A stretch of 64,000 nucleotides of DNA from Carcharhinus amblyrhynchos. Lineage: Eukaryota. The notes under the pieces were generated by a model. The model searched no databases. It was not told where the DNA came from and saw only the letters and a program-made list of their open reading frames with translations. The stretch is taken from positions 36,270,001 through 36,334,000 of the forward strand of contig OZ336879.1 in the NCBI GenBank assembly GCA_965287045.1. Direction: 5' to 3'. Below, in pieces: positions 58,690-64,000 of the stretch (position 1 is its first letter; every line of letters begins with the position of its first letter). Made by a program: the position numbers and the translations under genes.

Positions 58690-60280
58690 GCCTTCTGGAA
58701 ATCTAAGGACAGTACATTCATTGATTCACCTTTATCCACAGTACATGTTACTTCCTCAAAGGACTCCAATAATTTGCTTAACCACAATTTCCCTTTTACA
58801 AGACCTTGTTGACTCTGTCTGATTACCTGGAGATTATCCAAAAAGCTTTCTATAACTTCTTCAATAACAGCTCCTAAAGTTTTCTGCTATGAACACTAAT
58901 TCACCTATAGTTTCCCATTTCTGTCTCTTTTTTTTTGAATAATAGTTACATTTGCTATCTTCTGATCTAATGAGACCTCCCCCCCCCAAATCTAGGGAGA
59001 TTTAGAAAATTAAAACTAATGCAGCAATTATTTCACTAGACACTTCTTTTTAAGACCTTTGGATGAAGTCCATCAGGTCCCTGGATCTTGTCAGCTCACA
59101 GCTCGGAACAATTTACTCTGTACGCTTTTCTGGTGGCTGTAATTTTCCCTCATTCCTCCATCTCTTCCAATTCTATAGATGCTTCTGGGATGTTACTTAC
59201 ACCCTCTGTAATGAAGACTAATGCAAAATGCCTGTTCAATTAATTTGCCATCTCATTGTTTTCCATTATCAATTCCGCAGACTCACATTCTTTAGAGTCA
59301 ATGCTCATTTTGTTAACTTGTTTCTTCTTAAAATATTTATAGAAACTCTTGCTAGCTGTTTTATATTACCGACTAGCTTTCTCTCAGACTCAAATTTTTT
59401 TCCTTCTTATTAATATTTTAGTCAACTTTTTCTGTTCCTTTATATTCTATCCCAACTTCTTACCTGCCACCTGTCTTTGCACAAATATATGGGTGGGTGG
59501 GTGTTTGGGGCGGGGGGGTTGGAGGGTGTGTGAGGAGGCAGGATACACCCAAAAAAATTCTAAGCATCGAATTTGTGTAAAAACTACAGTAAATCACATT
59601 GGTTTTCACAGTGGCAGTTTTGAAAATGAATCTCCCACATTCTATGCACTGCAGAGTACACATGCGCAGTGGCCCCTGTCTGGTAGCCTCCCAATTGCTA
59701 GCCAGCTTGATCACTGGCCAGCCTCGCGACCCCACATTGTTGGCCCTCCAAGACCCCCCACGGTCCAATCGCTGGCCTCCTGGACATGTCCAAGCCAGTC
59801 TCAGCCAACCTCAGTCTCCTGCACCTCCCCCGCCTCCAGCAGCCCTGAACCCCCACACCCGCTCCTCTGCCCTGAGAGTCCTGACCTCTTGCCCCCGCCC
59901 CCCTCCCCCAAGGCGGTCCCAAACCACCCCCTCCTCTCTGCATTGCCAAACCTCCAATGCAGCCTGACCTCCCCCTCCCCCACCAAACTCCCCACAGCAG
60001 GCTGCTCCACCTGAAAAGAAAGCAGTGCAGTGAGATGGGAGAATTGCCCCCATGCCCTTTCTCTGAATTTGATACTAAATTAAACCTTAAACGATGGATG
60101 ATGAGTCCATTTCTTAGAATGTTTCTTACTTTTTGGAATGCATCTATTCTGTGCATTCTGAAATATCCCATTAAACATTTCCCATGCATCTCTGTTGACC
60201 CACCCCTTAACCTAAGTTACCAAATCACTTTAGCCAGTTCTGCTTTCACGCCTTCATAATTGCTCTTATTTGAGTTTTAA
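58690..60280 (-). mobile_element. Old CR1 ORF2 fragment interrupted by a DNA element at about 59540-60142
   Basis: Minus-strand remnants RSRDLMDFIQRS (PGPDG-like) and RVNKVL..GKLWLSKLLESFEEVT. Confidence 0.7.
59540..60142. mobile_element. Probable non-autonomous DNA transposon with a C-rich core
   Basis: GGATACACCCAAAAAAATTCTAAG versus the reverse complement of the right end GATGCATTCCAAAAAG..ATTCTAAG. Confidence 0.5.
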
Positions 60281-60289
60281 AGCATACAG

Positions 60290-61100
60290 AAGGATTCTCC
60301 CAAACTCTTGCTGACGGGTTCAATGGCGGGCATGGAAGAAGAATATGGTGGGAGGACCCTGAAATCATTTTCATACCAATATGAATTTATCGCTAGATCT
60401 TCCACTGATGTCTGCCATGGAGAGTCAGGCAGGCTGTTGGAGGCAGGTGTGAAACTAATTTGAATATTGCTAATGGATGCAGATGAAGGCCCAACCAGAA
60501 ACTTCCAGCCACACCCATTTTGTCATGACATTACCTGGATAAAGGCACTGGCAAAAACCACATTTGGAACAATGTTGCATGTAGATGTCAGGATTTACCT
60601 GAACATTGCTTGGGGTTGCCTCCCAAGTTCAGGATTAAGACTGCAGGCAATCCTGGATCCCACAGCAGTGCCCAGAAGGGAAAACCATAAAAGGGGAAAA
60701 TAGGAATACTTGTCCAAAATATTTCTCCCATCTGGGTGGGTGGGGGTGGGGGATCATCTGGAGGTGATCCTTGGAGCATGGCGCAACTTTCAGCCTCAGA
60801 AATTTGCTGGAGATCAATCTTCTTTCTTTAGAGGACCATCTTCCAGCCTCAGAGCATTCCCAGAGATCCATCTTCATTTTCAGGAGGTTGACTTGCTTTC
60901 TTCAATAGCGGATTAGTAATGTTATGAACCTTTCAAAATCGGACACAGGCATGGTGGATTATGCATCATCAGACCTGCCCCAAAATGGAATTTAATGTAA
61001 AACACGTAGTTGCATAACTAATGAGGCCAGGGTGGGAAAACATGGTGTATTTTCCCACCAGCCTCCATGCGACTCAGTCCAAAAATGGGAAAATTCCATT
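60290..61100. mobile_element. Non-autonomous DNA transposon (Harbinger-like)
   Basis: Inverted ends GGATTCTCCCA / TGGGAAAATTCC. Confidence 0.55.
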
Positions 61101-61104
61101 AATA

Positions 61105-62275
61105 GTCTCAGACCCACTCCTCACTCTCTCAAATTAAATGTGAAGTTCAATCATATTAGGGATACTAACTCTGTCTGCCTTTTCAATAGGATGTGTATCC
61201 TTGGATATTTAGCTCCCAGCCCTGATCCCCTTGGAGCCATGTCTCTCTGAAGCCAACAACATTGTACCCATCAATTTCAATTTGCACGACCAGCTCATTT
61301 ACCTAATTCGTATACTGCATTCATTCAAATACAACACTCTCAGACTTTCATTAACTGTCCCTCTTCTCATTGTTATCCCCTCATCTGCTGTGCCTGAAGT
61401 TCAATTCCTAACCCTTTCCAAACACTATGTCCTATTATTTGTTTGGGGGACTTTAATAAGTCTTCTGATCTCTCTTTCCTTTAATTTTTTTCTGTGACAT
61501 TGAACCCACCTCCCCACATGCTAACCTGCTGCTTTACTTCCCATTAACCATTGTACTTCTTGTAGTTTTACCCTTCCCTTCCCCTCACTTATTAGTTTAA
61601 AGTCCTTGTGACTGCCCTATTTATCCTTTCTACTAGAACACTGGTTCCAGGTCGGTTCAGGTAAAGACCATCCCAACAGTACAGATTCCTCCTGTTCCAA
61701 TGTCACACAAAATGGTACTGCTCTTTCCCGCACCACTCCTTTAGCCATGTGTTCAATTCCAGAATTTTCTCATCCCTATGCCGTGGCTCGAGCATTAATC
61801 CAGAGATTATAGCCCTTGAGTTTCTGTTTTTTAATTTAATTCCTAGTGCTTGATAATCCTCAGGCAGGTCCTCTTGCCTATGTTTGTCCCAATGTGGACC
61901 ACAACAACTGGATCCTCCCCCTCCCATTCCAATATCCTTTCAAACCTGTCAGAGACATCCCTCACCTTGGCATCGGGCAGGCAACATGCAGAACTCTCAA
62001 TGCAGTTTACAAAGGATGCTATCAATTCCCCTAATTATAGAATCCTTTACAACTACCATTTGTCTTTTGTTCCACGCTCTTGACTGTCCAGTGGTCAGCT
62101 AGCTCATCCTCCCTACAATCCTTTTCCTCATTCACACAGGGAGCAAGTACCTCATACCTATTGGACAAGGTCTAGAGCTGAGGTTCCTCCGTTTTTGAAT
62201 TCAGGATCCCCCTACCTGCCTCACTTACAGTTACACTCTGCTGTCCCTGACCACTGACTGAATTAGAGGTACTTC
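61105..62275 (-). mobile_element. CR1 ORF1 esterase region and start of ORF2
   Basis: CCLPDAKVRDVSDRFERILEWEGEDPVVVVHIGTNIG; KLKNRNSRAIISGL..LNTWLKEWCGKE. Confidence 0.9.
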
Positions 62276-62514
62276 AAGTCCTTATTCTTAGGTAATACCA
62301 TATTCTAGATTCTAATAGTACCACATAGTATGACATTCAGAATTATATTTCACTTAGTGAGGACAAGAGTCAAAATTGCTGATCTAGATTAAGAAATATA
62401 GGAATCTGGCTTTTATTCGCATCTGCTACAATTTTTACCATTGTTATCAGAAAGATACATCTGATTTGCTTCATAATATTATAATGGTGATTGGAGCAAT
62501 ATTTCCTTCATAAA

Positions 62515-63135
62515 GAAAGAACGTGCATTTATGTACAGCTTTTCATGTGCTTGAAATGTTCCAAAGTGCTTCACAGCCAACAAAGTTCTTTTCAAGTGTT
62601 GTCAAAGTCAAAATGTAAGAAATTTGAAAGACAGCAAGCCATTGGTTGAGGCTTAACTGTTAGCCATAGGAAATGCATTGTTCTTTAAATTGTGTAATTG
62701 AATTGTCTTTCATACTTGTGAAGGTATATACTTAAGTTAACATCTCATCCTAATGCAGCGCCTCTCTCGTTATCTCCAAGCACCTCCAACTGACCTCATT
62801 CCCTCCGGATGCTTTTCCCCCACAGTTTCCAAACTCATAGTCTCCCAAACCCGGAGAGCACGCTTCTACCTACTTCCCAAAATTCACAAAAAGGACTGTC
62901 CTGCCCCACTGAACTTATTTCTTCTTATCTTAACTCCACCCTCACTCCTCTGGTCTGTTCCCTCCCCACCTGCATCCAGGATTCCTCTGATGCCCTGCGT
63001 CATATTGAGCAGCAACCAATCAAAATGACAGTAAAGTGCCTGCCAATATATTGTGCCTAATTTCTGGAGTGCGACCATGAGTCCACAATCTTCTAACTTT
63101 GATGCTAGAGTGCTGCCATTGAGCCCCAGCTGACA
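62515..63135 (-). mobile_element. Deu-type SINE remnants (head about 63075-63135, tail about 62515-62650)
   Basis: Minus strand TGTCAGCTGGGGCTCAATGGCAGCACTCT head; tail TTGGCTGTGAAGCACTTTGG..ATAAATGCACGTTCTTTC. Confidence 0.65.
62735..63010 (+). mobile_element. PLE RT fragment
   Basis: LIVSQTRRARFYLLPKIHKKDCP..CPTELISSYLNSTLTPLVCSLPTCIQDSSDAL. Confidence 0.9.
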
Positions 63136-63299
63136 AAATTCCTTCACGCCATACTGATTTGTAATTGAAACATCAGGAGCCAATGTTCAGAGAGCAATGA
63201 ACATGCTAAATTTAAGTAGATCGCTGGAATTCTACCACCCCGCCTGCCATGGAATCGCAGCAAAAATGTCAATGAAGGAGTACTGCCCTTCTTTCCAAC

Positions 63300-64000
63300 A
63301 GGATTTCTGTATGTCTCTCCCCTCTCTCCACCGCCTTCACCGCTTTCCATTTCTCTCTTAGTGTTGGATAAGGTATTTACCAAGACTTGCTTCCACAGCA
63401 ATATTTCCTTCCTCAGTGATTGTCTTCGTCTCTGACTTACGCACGTAGATTTCAACTCAAATTCCACCCCGCATGTAATCCCCAGAATTACAGGTACCTC
63501 CAAGATGTACAACATTCTTCAAACTGCTGTTCTCGCTGCACCTTGAAAGCCACAGTCAGTGCCATGCGCCACCACATGAAGGCACTCAACATCTCTCTCC
63601 AGCAACACCCTCTTGCTCTCTTTCAAAGCTGTCTCTGTCCCCAATTTCATATCATCCTCTGCATCATTCGACATCTTAACAAGAAAATTTCCCTGTTTCT
63701 TGCAGATATGAAGGAACGCACTCTTCAACAACTTATCATCTCCACTGCCCATCCCAGACCCTCCACCAGTCCCAATCCCTCAAACTCCAACTCTTCTAGC
63801 CCCAGCCCTTGTTGTGTCTTCACCATAGCTTTTGATCTTCCCCTCTGAGGCTGAGCGCGCTGTTCTCAGCAAAGGACTCAGCTTTGTACCCTTACACCCC
63901 GACCTCAATGAATTCCAGGCTCAACATGATGTTGAACTCTTCTTTCATCGTCTTCATCTCCGTGCCTACTTCTTTGGGCAAGAGTCCTCCCCCGTTCTAC
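63300..64000 (+). mobile_element. PLE ORF N-terminal region, runs off the window end
   Basis: FQLKFHP...PL*..EAERAVLSKGLSFVPLHPDLNEFQAQHDVELFFHRLHLRAYFFG. Confidence 0.88.

Noticed and set aside
59349-60189. 221-aa Pro-rich and 163-aa Gly-rich overlapping ORFs
   Set aside because: Low-complexity C-rich transposon core that is naturally poor in stop codons.

Overview
This is a repeat-dense, gene-poor window of a vertebrate genome, almost certainly a shark. The evidence is abundant HE1/V-SINE-type tRNA SINEs, Deu-type SINEs, CR1, L2, Rex1/Babar and RTE LINE fragments, three Penelope-like (PLE) families, Gypsy LTR remnants and Harbinger-type DNA transposons. I recognise no intact host protein-coding gene. 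Essentially every long ORF in the track is a transposon remnant or its antisense, so the window is probably a large intron or intergenic DNA. A few isolated + strand candidate exons exist, the best being a 24-nt microexon at 52847-52870. Most notable structures: (1) four very short PLE insertions with 11-14 bp target-site duplications, two of them fold-back palindromes, carrying hammerhead-ribozyme-like cores; (2) a young CR1 whose 3' UTR appears to carry a promoter-dead SINE, and whose RT motif is interrupted by 110 bp of foreign DNA; (3) a local inverted duplication inside a Rex1 copy that also copied flanking DNA; (4) an old CpG-retaining palindrome beside repeat-free DNA. Family names come from recalled motifs, not database searches. 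Most repeat boundaries are approximate to tens of bp. I found no convincing wholly new biological system.
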